Below, piece after piece: positions 19,010 to 28,378 of a stretch of 64,000 nucleotides of DNA (its first letter is position 1; the number at the start of each line of letters is the position of its first letter). The stretch lies in IMG/VR virus record IMGVR_UViG_3300035520_001286, positions 4,532 through 68,531 of that record; one strand, 5' to 3'. This DNA comes from a virus. Taxonomy: Duplodnaviria > Caudoviricetes. Under the pieces are notes generated by a model. The model made no database searches. It was not told the DNA's origin and saw only the letters and a program-made list of their open reading frames with translations. The position numbers and the translations under genes are program-made.

Positions 19010-19401
19010 ATATTTTCTTGATTCATTAAGTAAGTACCAGCAGAATTTTCTCTAACTAATTGTGCTGACATAGTTCCTTGAAATCTATTATCTGTAACCG
19101 AAGCAACCCTTAAATTACCAAATTCATTAGTTACAAATATATCGTCAAAGCATATATAATCAGGATTTACAACGAAGGCTTGAAATTCAGAAGTTATCCA
19201 TTCACCATTACCTTCACTATTCATTTCTATAGTTTTAGAAGATGGCTGTATAATTGCATTTACATATGTTTCAACTTTTATATTATCAACCCTTCCTTGT
19301 TTATTAAATCCTCTACTTATGTTTCTAATAACTTTATATCTTTTAACACCTAATTCTTGTATTGCTTGTTTAAGTGCATTTATATCACTAACTTTAAACA
19401 T
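19006..19401 (-). CDS. head closure / head-tail joining protein
   Basis: AIIQPSS...EMNSEG...DDIFV...LRVASV pattern. Confidence 0.55.
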   Translation of the reverse strand: MFKVSDINALKQAIQELGVKRYKVIRNISRGFNKQGRVDNIKVETYVNAIIQPSSKTIEMNSEGNGEWITSEFQAFVVNPDYICFDDIFVTNEFGNLRVASVTDNRFQGTMSAQLVRENSAGTYLMNQENI

Positions 19402-19464
19402 TTTATATTTATATTATATTATTATTTATATATTTATTATTTATATATTTATTATATTAATATT

Positions 19465-20001
19465 TTATATAATAATATCTATACCTTTAGATTTAATATT
19501 TATTCCATTTTCAATAAATTCTTCAACATTATAATTTAACGTTAGATCATGTCGTTCCCAAATTTGTCTATTAATTACTTCCCTCATTTCTCGTATTTCA
19601 TTTGGCTTTCCAGTCAAGTAAATACCGTTCTGGTTTATAAAAAACATAATGTCATCAGAATAAACTTTTGAAAATATCTTTAATGCAATTAACGAAGAAT
19701 TGCAACCATATACATTTATGTTCAATGTTATAAAGTTCAAAACTCTAATATTTCCTTTTTGATCTATTTCTGAGTTTATTCTACCAGGAGTAAATTCGAC
19801 CCTAAAATATATTACATTATCTAATATTGAGAACCCTGAAACCCCATCATCATAATTATCATTAATCTCATTTTTGGCAGCAAATCCACCGTTTACTTGA
19901 TAACTAGCACGAATTAAACTGCGATCCATATCAGGCAACATCTGAGCAAGCATTTCTTGAAATATATCTTCATAATATTTTCTTACGTCTTTACTTTTCA
20001 T
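19465..20001 (-). CDS. neck/tail terminator protein
   Basis: LNINVYG...WERHDLTLNYN; position. Confidence 0.5.
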   Translation of the reverse strand: MKSKDVRKYYEDIFQEMLAQMLPDMDRSLIRASYQVNGGFAAKNEINDNYDDGVSGFSILDNVIYFRVEFTPGRINSEIDQKGNIRVLNFITLNINVYGCNSSLIALKIFSKVYSDDIMFFINQNGIYLTGKPNEIREMREVINRQIWERHDLTLNYNVEEFIENGINIKSKGIDIII

Positions 20002-20018
20002 TTAATGCTTCTCCTGAA

Positions 20019-20106
20019 GTCATGATATTAACTCTATGACACGAAAATAACTTTTTAATATAAATTTTAATAAACTAACAAAGTGTCTTAGAATTAAAAT
20101 CATGTA
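20019..20106. promoter_or_regulatory. paired inverted 23-bp box, copy A
   Basis: GTCATGATATTAACTCTATGACA - 42 bp - TGTCTTAGAATTAAAAT. Confidence 0.75.
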
Positions 20107-20600
20107 TCTTTTATGAATACACCTCTAATTGATCTTCTGAGTTCACCTGTATCAATCATTGGCCTGTCACTTCCTTTGCCTTTAACATAAAATGGTTTAC
20201 CGGTTTTTTTATTTGCCATCCATCCACCATGTATCGTAATAGGAGAATTGGGTGCCCAACCATTGTCTTCTGTAAAATATGCTTTTGTCCAAGTTTCCAT
20301 TTTAAATGCTAATCTTTGCATTATAGTGTCCGCTTGCTGTTCTTCACCTTTAAAAATGTAATAACATGCCAACATAAGATCTTTATCTATTTGCTCTTTA
20401 TGTTTTTCTCTTACTGGTTCTAACAAAGGTCTTGGAGGTAAATTATTTACTTCTGAGCCAGCTTCGAGTATTGCTAATATTTCAGCATTACTCAAACTTC
20501 CATCTGTTCTTTTATTTGTTTCACTTGGAATTCCATACTTTACTACACCATTGTATTTTATATTAAATTTTTTCTTTTCGTGTATTATATCAATATTCAT
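20100..20600 (-). CDS. tail completion / virion morphogenesis protein
   Basis: AEILAILEAGS...PPRPLL...NSPITI...KG...PMIDTGELRRSI. Confidence 0.75.
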   Translation of the reverse strand: MNIDIIHEKKKFNIKYNGVVKYGIPSETNKRTDGSLSNAEILAILEAGSEVNNLPPRPLLEPVREKHKEQIDKDLMLACYYIFKGEEQQADTIMQRLAFKMETWTKAYFTEDNGWAPNSPITIHGGWMANKKTGKPFYVKGKGSDRPMIDTGELRRSIRGVFIKDT

Positions 20601-21034
20601 GTTGTAATTATAAAACCAACATATCCACGTGCTAACGATAACGCAACTAATTGTCTACCATACCCAGTAGTGTTCCAAAATTTATACGCAGGGTTATCTT
20701 CCATAAATTTATCTACTTCATATGAATAACTTATGTCCCCAACTGAACGACTTGACATTACACCACCTGCAGTTGAATCTGCGCCTATAGACTGAACGAA
20801 TTCTGGATCAGTTATGCAAATATAATGTGCAACAGCCAAACTCATCGCATATTTCCACTCATATCCCCAATAAGCATAATTAATCCTATCTTTACATAAT
20901 GAAACGAGCTCTTTAAAACTTTCTAAATTATCTTTATTCGTAACCCAAGGTTTCAATTTAGGACAAAAAACACAAAAGGAGGAGATCGTATATTTTGGAG
21001 GATCTTGCTGGGCAGGTAAACCTATAATCGACAT
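20597..21034 (-). CDS. head-tail adaptor (DUF4054-like)
   Basis: WGYEWKYAMSLAVAHY, SRSVGDISYSY, WNTTGYGRQL. Confidence 0.75.
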   Translation of the reverse strand: MSIIGLPAQQDPPKYTISSFCVFCPKLKPWVTNKDNLESFKELVSLCKDRINYAYWGYEWKYAMSLAVAHYICITDPEFVQSIGADSTAGGVMSSRSVGDISYSYEVDKFMEDNPAYKFWNTTGYGRQLVALSLARGYVGFIITT

Positions 21035-21306
21035 TAAAGCACCCTTCTAATTTTTCCTGTTTTAATTAGATTTTTAATATTCTCGTCAGACACATCTTCT
21101 TTCGTAAGCACAGTTGTTTCACCTGGTCTAAATTTATAAATGTTTGAATTATTCATCCAATCACCATAAACTTTTGTAACTTTACCATCTGCATTTTTAT
21201 TTGATTTAAAGGACATGGTCTTTACAACGTCTAAAATCATATCAGAAGTGTAAGAACCAGCAGAATATTGGATTGCTGTCGTATTAGTTGTTGAAACTGT
21301 AGGCAT
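21034..21306 (-). CDS. small head-associated hypothetical protein
   Basis: ORF between capsid and adaptor. Confidence 0.6.
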   Translation of the reverse strand: MPTVSTTNTTAIQYSAGSYTSDMILDVVKTMSFKSNKNADGKVTKVYGDWMNNSNIYKFRPGETTVLTKEDVSDENIKNLIKTGKIRRVL

Positions 21307-21475
21307 AAGAATTTTTCTCCTATTTTTATTTTGCTTAATAAATTAAATAACTGAATGACATAATATAATATCTACAATTGCAGAACTTTTACTAATACTA
21401 TGCATTCAGTTATTACCCTCATAACTATTAAACAACAATATTTATCTAATATTTAAATGTATTATTTAAACTATA

Positions 21476-22615
21476 TTAGTCGGAAGTAGGTTTCGCGAAA
21501 TCCCAATAAGAAACCGCACCAACCTCAGTTTGTTTCTCATTATAAGGGAACTGTAATGCGGATACTTGGCCAACGAAGAAAGTTGTATAACATAACTTAT
21601 CAATATTAGGTGCAGTATAGTACATTTGAACAGGATACGTAATATCCAAACGTACATATTTCTTATCATATTTATATGTTACAATTCTGCCTGCTTCATT
21701 TGTTCCCATAGATTCAAGACGAGCACGGCCTCTAAACTTAGGAAGATATCCATCTAAACCAGCTGCTTTCATTTCGTCAATACCAATGTTATTTACCATA
21801 AGAAACTGTCTAAGTGTATTAGTAAATAAATCACTATAACGACCTGTAAGCTCTGCAGCATCGGTCTGAGGCATAAGGAATACATCAGGTAAAAGATCAA
21901 GATTATTATTGCTATTGATTAAATAATAACTCATTATACCATTAATTGTAGCAACAATTTCCTCATCTTTCATAGACTTGAATCCTTTCTGAGTTGCATC
22001 CTGCGTGCCTTGAGGAAGAATAGTCGTATGAATCTTAGGAGAAGTAAATAAGCCATCATTTCCATTTGCACCAAAATAACTAATCTTGTCGCAGAATAAA
22101 TCCCAACCTGCAAGAATTGCATCTTTATAAATTGCCTCAAGAGACTTCGTAAATTGCAACTTATTGAGTTTATCAATTTCGACAAACTTAATATCATAAG
22201 CAATTTCAAAATTATATACAGGCACAGCCTCATGATTAAGTTTAGCATTTACACGAGGAACAACGTTTACATTATTTCCAGTTAAATTCTGGCTTTCCGT
22301 AGGCATGCCAGCCCATTCAACCGAGAAATAATCAACGAAATCAACCATTCCACCACCGACTTCAATCGGAATATCTTGCGCATAAGTTGTATTATACAAA
22401 GGCTCATAAGTTAAATTATGTAATTTGCTAAGCTTCGACATAACAAATGCAAAGTTAGCATCGTGCATTCTCTTCGTTTTCTGATCTTTATAAAGTCTAT
22501 TATAAAACTGAGGAGCCATATCATGCAAAGTAATACCAGTCTTGCATTCAGATGCCATACTAGCAATACTCTGCTTACTATCTCTTAACGATACTTCTTG
22601 AAAAAACTTTCCCAT
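21476..22615 (-). CDS. major capsid protein (DUF2184 / HK97 fold)
   Basis: LSKL...YEPLY...QDIP, FEIAYDIKFVEI, YFG..G.DGLF, PDVFLMP, CYTTFFVGQVSALQFPY; follows decoration and protease genes. Confidence 0.85.
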   Translation of the reverse strand: MGKFFQEVSLRDSKQSIASMASECKTGITLHDMAPQFYNRLYKDQKTKRMHDANFAFVMSKLSKLHNLTYEPLYNTTYAQDIPIEVGGGMVDFVDYFSVEWAGMPTESQNLTGNNVNVVPRVNAKLNHEAVPVYNFEIAYDIKFVEIDKLNKLQFTKSLEAIYKDAILAGWDLFCDKISYFGANGNDGLFTSPKIHTTILPQGTQDATQKGFKSMKDEEIVATINGIMSYYLINSNNNLDLLPDVFLMPQTDAAELTGRYSDLFTNTLRQFLMVNNIGIDEMKAAGLDGYLPKFRGRARLESMGTNEAGRIVTYKYDKKYVRLDITYPVQMYYTAPNIDKLCYTTFFVGQVSALQFPYNEKQTEVGAVSYWDFAKPTSD

Positions 22616-22631
22616 TATTGTTCATTCCTCC

Positions 22632-23126
22632 TTATTTAACATAAACAACAGTTAAGTTGCCTTCTGTTATTCCACTAAATTTCCATCCTTCAATCTTAAA
22701 TCCGCTCGTAGAACCAGTTACACTTGTACAGAACGAACGTTGAGAAGGAAGATAATAAACATCATCACCTTCAGAAGGAGAAACACCATATAATGAAACT
22801 GCAACTTCACCATATATCACGCAAGAACCAGCTTCACCAGAAGTAAACTTTACTTCATCTTCAGACTGAGGGAACAAGACATCTGTTTTTACGTTAGTCG
22901 ATAAAGCAATACCAGCAACCTTTCCAGAATATTCACTCGAAAGTCCAGTAAAAGAAGGAGTTGTATAAACCTGAGTTGTATCAGTTCTAATTAATAAATC
23001 GCCAGGAAGTACTCCATTTGTTGCTTTTTCGCTTACTCTAAACGGCTTAGTTTTTATCTGATTTATATTTGTTTCTCTACCAAGCATTAATCTTTGAAAT
23101 CCATCAATACCAACAATCTTAGCCAT
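22632..23126 (-). CDS. head decoration/cement protein
   Basis: VAGIALSTNVK...G.V..SLYG..P..GD.VY; position before the MCP. Confidence 0.7.
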   Translation of the reverse strand: MAKIVGIDGFQRLMLGRETNINQIKTKPFRVSEKATNGVLPGDLLIRTDTTQVYTTPSFTGLSSEYSGKVAGIALSTNVKTDVLFPQSEDEVKFTSGEAGSCVIYGEVAVSLYGVSPSEGDDVYYLPSQRSFCTSVTGSTSGFKIEGWKFSGITEGNLTVVYVK

Positions 23127-24283
23127 TATCTGCCTCCTTTAATTGCATTCTTATATCTATTCTTAAACGAATTTTCTATTTCTTTTCTTTTATTATTTGT
23201 AGAACTTGTGTCCTTTGTCTTTACAAACTTAGAATATGTTCTTGAGGAATCCTTATATCTAGAAGATTTTCTATCAGAAGTTTTTACTGGAGTTTCAACG
23301 ATATCATCTGCATCTAACAACTCATCGTCATCATCTTCTACTACATCTTCATCGTCATCTTCGACAACCTCATCGTCATCATCTTCAACGACTTCGTCAT
23401 CATCTTTAGTAATCTCAGATTCGACCTCATCGTCATCTTCGACAACTTCTTCATCATCATCTTCAACGACTTCGTCATCATCACCAATGGTCTGATTTCC
23501 ACCAAGCATCGATAAAACTTTATCAAGTTTTGTGCTAAGCTCTGTAGCCCAAACGGGAGCTACATCATCATCTCCTACTGTTTCGTTTTTGACTTCATCT
23601 TCGTCGTCTTTAACTTCTTCAACCTCAATTTCTCCTACTTCGTCATCATCATAAATCATACGTTTAATCTTAGGCAAAGTATTCTTTCTTCTTAACACTG
23701 TTTGATATCCTCCTAAATTTTTATTTATTTTATTACAACTATCTCTAATTGTTGCAATTCCTGCTCTTCCACTATCTACAAGTGCTAAATGATTTCCCCT
23801 TATATGCGTTTGGATATATCTTCCATTATTATCTTTTTCAATATTACAATTATATCCTAACGAAAGCTCTCTTTTTTCCCCAGATTTTATTAGTTCTATT
23901 ACTTCTGGGTCAGTTACAACTATATCGCAAATTAAACAATTCGATAAATCTCCTTGACCTCTTCTGATATCACGAATAAATCCACAAGAAAGTTCTTTAT
24001 AATTATCACAATCTACATCATCATCTGGATGATCATTACAAAATGGCTTATTCTCAAAAGATGCGATTGCAATAGGACTAAAAACTTCATCATCAGTTCT
24101 ATATACATCTACTACTTTATTTGGATCACCATCTTCTTCAATTTCACTTTCTAAATATTGATATTTGCCAGTTCTCGCAATAATAACATCACGACAAATT
24201 AATTGGCCATTATTATCACTCCATATATGATCAGTTATTTTGCTCCCATATGTAACTCTAGAGCTATCCACTAATCTTTTCAT
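23126..24283 (-). CDS. prohead protease/scaffold (DUF2213)
   Basis: DVIIARTG..QY, ASFENKPFCNDHP, ELSLGYNC, NHLALVDSGRAG; acidic scaffold-like C-terminus. Confidence 0.85.
   Translation of the reverse strand: MKRLVDSSRVTYGSKITDHIWSDNNGQLICRDVIIARTGKYQYLESEIEEDGDPNKVVDVYRTDDEVFSPIAIASFENKPFCNDHPDDDVDCDNYKELSCGFIRDIRRGQGDLSNCLICDIVVTDPEVIELIKSGEKRELSLGYNCNIEKDNNGRYIQTHIRGNHLALVDSGRAGIATIRDSCNKINKNLGGYQTVLRRKNTLPKIKRMIYDDDEVGEIEVEEVKDDEDEVKNETVGDDDVAPVWATELSTKLDKVLSMLGGNQTIGDDDEVVEDDDEEVVEDDDEVESEITKDDDEVVEDDDDEVVEDDDEDVVEDDDDELLDADDIVETPVKTSDRKSSRYKDSSRTYSKFVKTKDTSSTNNKRKEIENSFKNRYKNAIKGGR
23320..23490 (-). repeat. acidic coding repeat (D3-4EVVE)n in the scaffold region
   Basis: Tandem DDDEVVE/DDDEEVVE units; boundaries approximate. 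Confidence 0.8.
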
Positions 24284-24762
24284 TTACCTGCTGCCTCTTT
24301 TATTCTAGCAATTTGTGCTTCATATCCATCTTTTAACATTTGATTAACTACAACTTTTAATTTTTCATAATAATTATCTATCGCTTTTTTTGCTTTATCA
24401 TAATCTTCATCACTATCATACCAAAAATTAAAATCCATGGAATTTGCATCTCTCCACGTCCAAAGATATTCAGCTGTTTTTTTCACATCAGCGCTACGAT
24501 CATTTATTTTTTTAGAATCATTAAATCTTATTCCTTCTTTAATCCAATAATCTACTCCTTTCTTAGCTTCTTCAAGTGATTTATAAGATTCACCAAAACC
24601 ATCAATCATAAATACACCAGGAGCAACTTCTTCAATTATTGCATGTCTATATTTATATTCTTTAGCATCCCTTTGTTTTACAACTTTATTTATTGCTTCA
24701 CAAGAATCATTTGCCCTTACAATATAAGATCTACCATTAAATTTTACTTTAATTTTTTTCAT
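24280..24762 (-). CDS. head-region modular protein, putative internal virion protein
   Basis: N-terminal KVKFNGRSYIVRANDSCEA module shared with 24841..25716 and 28379..31168. Confidence 0.6.
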   Translation of the reverse strand: MKKIKVKFNGRSYIVRANDSCEAINKVVKQRDAKEYKYRHAIIEEVAPGVFMIDGFGESYKSLEEAKKGVDYWIKEGIRFNDSKKINDRSADVKKTAEYLWTWRDANSMDFNFWYDSDEDYDKAKKAIDNYYEKLKVVVNQMLKDGYEAQIARIKEAAGK

Positions 24763-24840
24763 TATTTTACCTATATATTATTATATACTATTTTAATTAA
24801 AATATGAAAATTATTTCATACAATCATCTAAACAATAAAA

Positions 24841-25716
24841 TCAATTTACAATTTCATAGCCTTTTGATTTTAATTCATTAAACTTATCAAATGAAGTATT
24901 GTTATGAGGATCTTGCATATGTATGCTTTTACGCAATTCTTTTTCATTAACTTTAAATTTTTTCATAATATATGGAATTAATTTCTCGTATACTTGAGAA
25001 ATAGATATAAATGGACTATCCTTAAATAAAAAACCAACTAAACGTTTTTCACCATTAACTGTAAATTCTATTGTTGTGTTTAAATATCCAGTACTAAGAT
25101 ATTTAGTACTTACCCAAGATACTTCTGGATCACTTATATAATTTGATGGTTTTTTTATCTTATTTTTATATTTTTGTATAAATTCTTGTGCTTCTTTTTG
25201 TGAAGAAAATCTTGCTACATTTTTATTATTATACATATCTGCATCTGAAGTCCAAGGAACAAAATTTAATGATTTTTCCATTACCATTGAATTAATCCCA
25301 GAGTGCTGACCATATGCTATAACAAAAAAGTTTTCATCTATAATCCTTCTATCACGATATTTTTTTACTTTTGCGAATGCATCGCTTATCAATTTTGCAC
25401 CACGATATTTTCTCATCAATTCCCTTTCAGCTTCTTTAAAACTATCAAGATCATAAATACCTTGGCCCCAATCACCACGATTTGTATCATAACCTAATGC
25501 AATAACATAAGAGCCATTGGGTTTTCTTAATATCGCATGCTTCCTGCTTCCATCAGAATACAAACCTTCAACATCCCAACCTTGAGAAGATTTACTAGAA
25601 TAATCTGCATCTTCCATACCAACATACTTTTTTGCCTTATATGCAGCTTCATCTTCATCATTCGCCTTAATAATAAATTTTCTGTCGTTAATGTTAACTT
25701 TAAATACTCTATCCAT
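24841..25716 (-). CDS. head-region modular protein, putative internal virion protein
   Basis: FKVNINDRKFIIKANDEDEA module; KYRDRRIIDEN shared with the 929-aa protein. Confidence 0.6.
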   Translation of the reverse strand: MDRVFKVNINDRKFIIKANDEDEAAYKAKKYVGMEDADYSSKSSQGWDVEGLYSDGSRKHAILRKPNGSYVIALGYDTNRGDWGQGIYDLDSFKEAERELMRKYRGAKLISDAFAKVKKYRDRRIIDENFFVIAYGQHSGINSMVMEKSLNFVPWTSDADMYNNKNVARFSSQKEAQEFIQKYKNKIKKPSNYISDPEVSWVSTKYLSTGYLNTTIEFTVNGEKRLVGFLFKDSPFISISQVYEKLIPYIMKKFKVNEKELRKSIHMQDPHNNTSFDKFNELKSKGYEIVN

Positions 25717-25786
25717 TTTTTTTACCTAAAAAATTTATTTTATATTCTAAATAACTAATATATAAGTTATTTAAATGCTCCTTAAC

Positions 25787-25875
25787 GTCACCAGTTTAAC
25801 TCTAAGACATATTATAATTTATATTATATAAATACTATACAAACTGTTATTTTGTCTTAGAAGTCTTTCTAAGTT
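25787..25875. promoter_or_regulatory. paired inverted 23-bp box, copy B
   Basis: GTCACCAGTTTAACTCTAAGACA - 43 bp - TGTCTTAGAAG. Confidence 0.75.
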
Positions 25876-27430
25876 TATCAAAAAACTTTTTATTTTTCTT
25901 TAGCACTTGTTCTTGAACTTCGTTATAATCATTGTTTTTGATTTGTTCAATTAATTCATTATCATCTTCACTTAAAGTTTCATCTTCATCTGGATTCTCT
26001 TCTTCATTTTTATCCATATCCTTTGCCAACTTATCATCTTCTGCACTAATCATTGTACCAAATCCTGTTTTCTTTGACATTGCCTTTATTTCTTCCAATG
26101 CAGTCTCATGTGTCATCAATCCCATGTCCATCAACTTAGAACAATTATCGACACACGAATTCAACATTTCTTGCTTTTTCTCATCTGTTACATCAACAAT
26201 ACTTTCAAACTCAAAATCCAAATTACTTGGAATAGGAATACCTTCAACAGCGAAAATTACTTTCAACAACTTTGTAATTGGATTTCTTAAATCACTTTCT
26301 TGTTTTCCCTTTATTGTGTCAGCATAAAATAACATTTCGGCTGGACTGTCAGAAGTTAATCCACCTTTTGTGTCACCATATAAAAGAACTTTAGGCATTT
26401 CTGCCGCACCAGCAATGAAATCTTCTTGAGTTTCCAATAATTCAGATAATCCACCTAATGAATATTCATGGCTTTCATATTGATCGTTCGCATCCATTAA
26501 AACTAAATTATTTATAGAACGATAATTATTTAACGCAGCTAATTGACCAGATAATTGAGCTTGACTATTGGAGTTTCCCATTGAAAGTCCAGAAAACATT
26601 CCACGCATACCATTAACTTTTACTATTTCAAGTAACGCTTTATTAACTAATGATGCTGACGCATTCTTCGTATTTTCGTGGCCTAACAAATCTTGGTATA
26701 TATGTTCTAACTCACTAATTCCCCAGCCACTTAAACGATCTTCAATATACCTTGGAGATCTTCTATTTACAAATCTTAAAACCCTTGAATGATGAACCTT
26801 TGTTACATTCTGATTATCAATATAAAAATTATAATATTTTGGAGTATTATAATCTATATTATTAAAATTATTTACTTTCTCACTTGAAGCTTCTAAATTA
26901 TACCATCTATCAGTTGAATATAATCTTAATGCGCTTCCTTTTTTTATATTTTTTACTTTTAGTGGCTGACTCAAATCTTCACATCCATCATCGACCATCA
27001 TCAATGAAGCTGAACCACCATACAATCTTGCCAACCCTTCTGCATATATTAATTCATGCTTTACTCTGTTATATCTAGTATAAACTTTAGATAATGTATC
27101 GCCATCAACATCACATGTTATGACTATCCCTTTCGATAGCATGTCCCTTGCGCCTTGATCAATAATACGCCTAAATATCCAACAACTATGATAAACTGAA
27201 GTAATCAAATTACGATTCAATGTTATCATATCGAGTGAAAACTCACCAGCATTTAATGCAACATCTTCAGCACCTGTCTTCATCATTGGATTTCCAAACA
27301 TTCCATCGTTTATATGAACAGTCGACTGATTTATCCCATTAATTATTTTACTAGTAAGTTTTTCACTCGAATCATTGATATTTAATTTATTTGAACTTGT
27401 AATGTTTACAGTAATTTTAGGATCAACCAT
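25847..27430 (-). CDS. portal protein (DUF1073-type)
   Basis: Y..CWIFRRIID..A.DM..KG, ARLYGGS, VHHSRVLRF, GWG.SEL, AGAAEMPKVLLYG...GGL. Confidence 0.85.
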   Translation of the reverse strand: MVDPKITVNITSSNKLNINDSSEKLTSKIINGINQSTVHINDGMFGNPMMKTGAEDVALNAGEFSLDMITLNRNLITSVYHSCWIFRRIIDQGARDMLSKGIVITCDVDGDTLSKVYTRYNRVKHELIYAEGLARLYGGSASLMMVDDGCEDLSQPLKVKNIKKGSALRLYSTDRWYNLEASSEKVNNFNNIDYNTPKYYNFYIDNQNVTKVHHSRVLRFVNRRSPRYIEDRLSGWGISELEHIYQDLLGHENTKNASASLVNKALLEIVKVNGMRGMFSGLSMGNSNSQAQLSGQLAALNNYRSINNLVLMDANDQYESHEYSLGGLSELLETQEDFIAGAAEMPKVLLYGDTKGGLTSDSPAEMLFYADTIKGKQESDLRNPITKLLKVIFAVEGIPIPSNLDFEFESIVDVTDEKKQEMLNSCVDNCSKLMDMGLMTHETALEEIKAMSKKTGFGTMISAEDDKLAKDMDKNEEENPDEDETLSEDDNELIEQIKNNDYNEVQEQVLKKNKKFFDKLRKTSKTK

Positions 27431-27449
27431 TTATTTTTATATGTTCTCA

Positions 27450-28355
27450 TTATTGAAATTTATCTTTAAATTTTTCCATAAACTCTTCTTTAGTGTAACT
27501 TTTTAAACTTCCAAATTTTATTGAAGTCTCATATTTACCTTTTGAACCTTTAATATATTTACTTTCAATGTTTAAGTGTTCCGCGACTTTAATTGGAAAT
27601 TGTATATCATCTAATTCAAAAACAGGTAAACTAATACACCTACAATTTGGAAACTCACCAGCATGACCTTGCATATTATCCAATATTGGAGCATCATCCC
27701 AAAATACAAGTGAACCATTCATCATCTTGTGACTTTCGCGAACTCTTATATCTGAACTTGTACTCCAAATATAAGCATTTATGCCAAATGACTTTGCCCT
27801 TGTCTCAGTCAATGCAGCATTAATTTTAGCACTTTCAGTACGGACAATTAATTTTGCCCTACTTTTCATATTTTTTTCTATAAACTCTTCAATTTCAGTT
27901 CCTCTTAATCCTTGACCTTTTTCATATGCTTCTTTTAATTTTCCAGAAACATATTCAGGTAAATCATTTATGAGACTCATATTCTCATTGAATTTCTTCA
28001 TATAAGGCTCATAAATTTTCTTTTCTTTTATTAAACTAGGAATTGCAACTTGAAAAGCTTTTTCATCTTTGTCTTTTGTTCCTGCTTTAAAAGCTGATAT
28101 TATTTTTTCAAAACCTTCACGATTTCGTTTTAATATACTAAAACCAAACCTTCTAGTTATTTTTTTTAAACTCTTAATTTTTACATTTTGAAGTTTAAAT
28201 AAAATTTCATTAATATCATCTTCATCTTTTATATCACCAATTTTATTCTTAAAAGTACTAAGAATTTTTTTAATAAACTTACTTTCATAAGTTTGATTTA
28301 CTTTTAATTTTCTTCTTTGATTTTTAGTTGTGATCTTTGTATATCTTTTTGGCAT
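27450..28355 (-). CDS. minor head/head morphogenesis protein (SPP1 gp7 / Mu gpF family)
   Basis: RAKLIVRTESAK, YIWSTSSDIRVRESH, HAGEFPNCRC. Confidence 0.85.
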   Translation of the reverse strand: MPKRYTKITTKNQRRKLKVNQTYESKFIKKILSTFKNKIGDIKDEDDINEILFKLQNVKIKSLKKITRRFGFSILKRNREGFEKIISAFKAGTKDKDEKAFQVAIPSLIKEKKIYEPYMKKFNENMSLINDLPEYVSGKLKEAYEKGQGLRGTEIEEFIEKNMKSRAKLIVRTESAKINAALTETRAKSFGINAYIWSTSSDIRVRESHKMMNGSLVFWDDAPILDNMQGHAGEFPNCRCISLPVFELDDIQFPIKVAEHLNIESKYIKGSKGKYETSIKFGSLKSYTKEEFMEKFKDKFQ

Positions 28356-28378
28356 TTAATAGTTAATATAAATTATTA

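Noticed and set aside
23094-23495. Ser/Thr-repeat plus-strand ORF resembling a mucin-like protein
   Set aside because: It is the reverse complement of the DDDEVVE repeat in the scaffold gene.
25847-27430. Anti-CBASS Acb1 label sometimes attached to DUF1073 proteins
   Set aside because: Size, motifs and position beside the minor head and protease genes fit a portal, and I saw no 2H-phosphoesterase motif pair.
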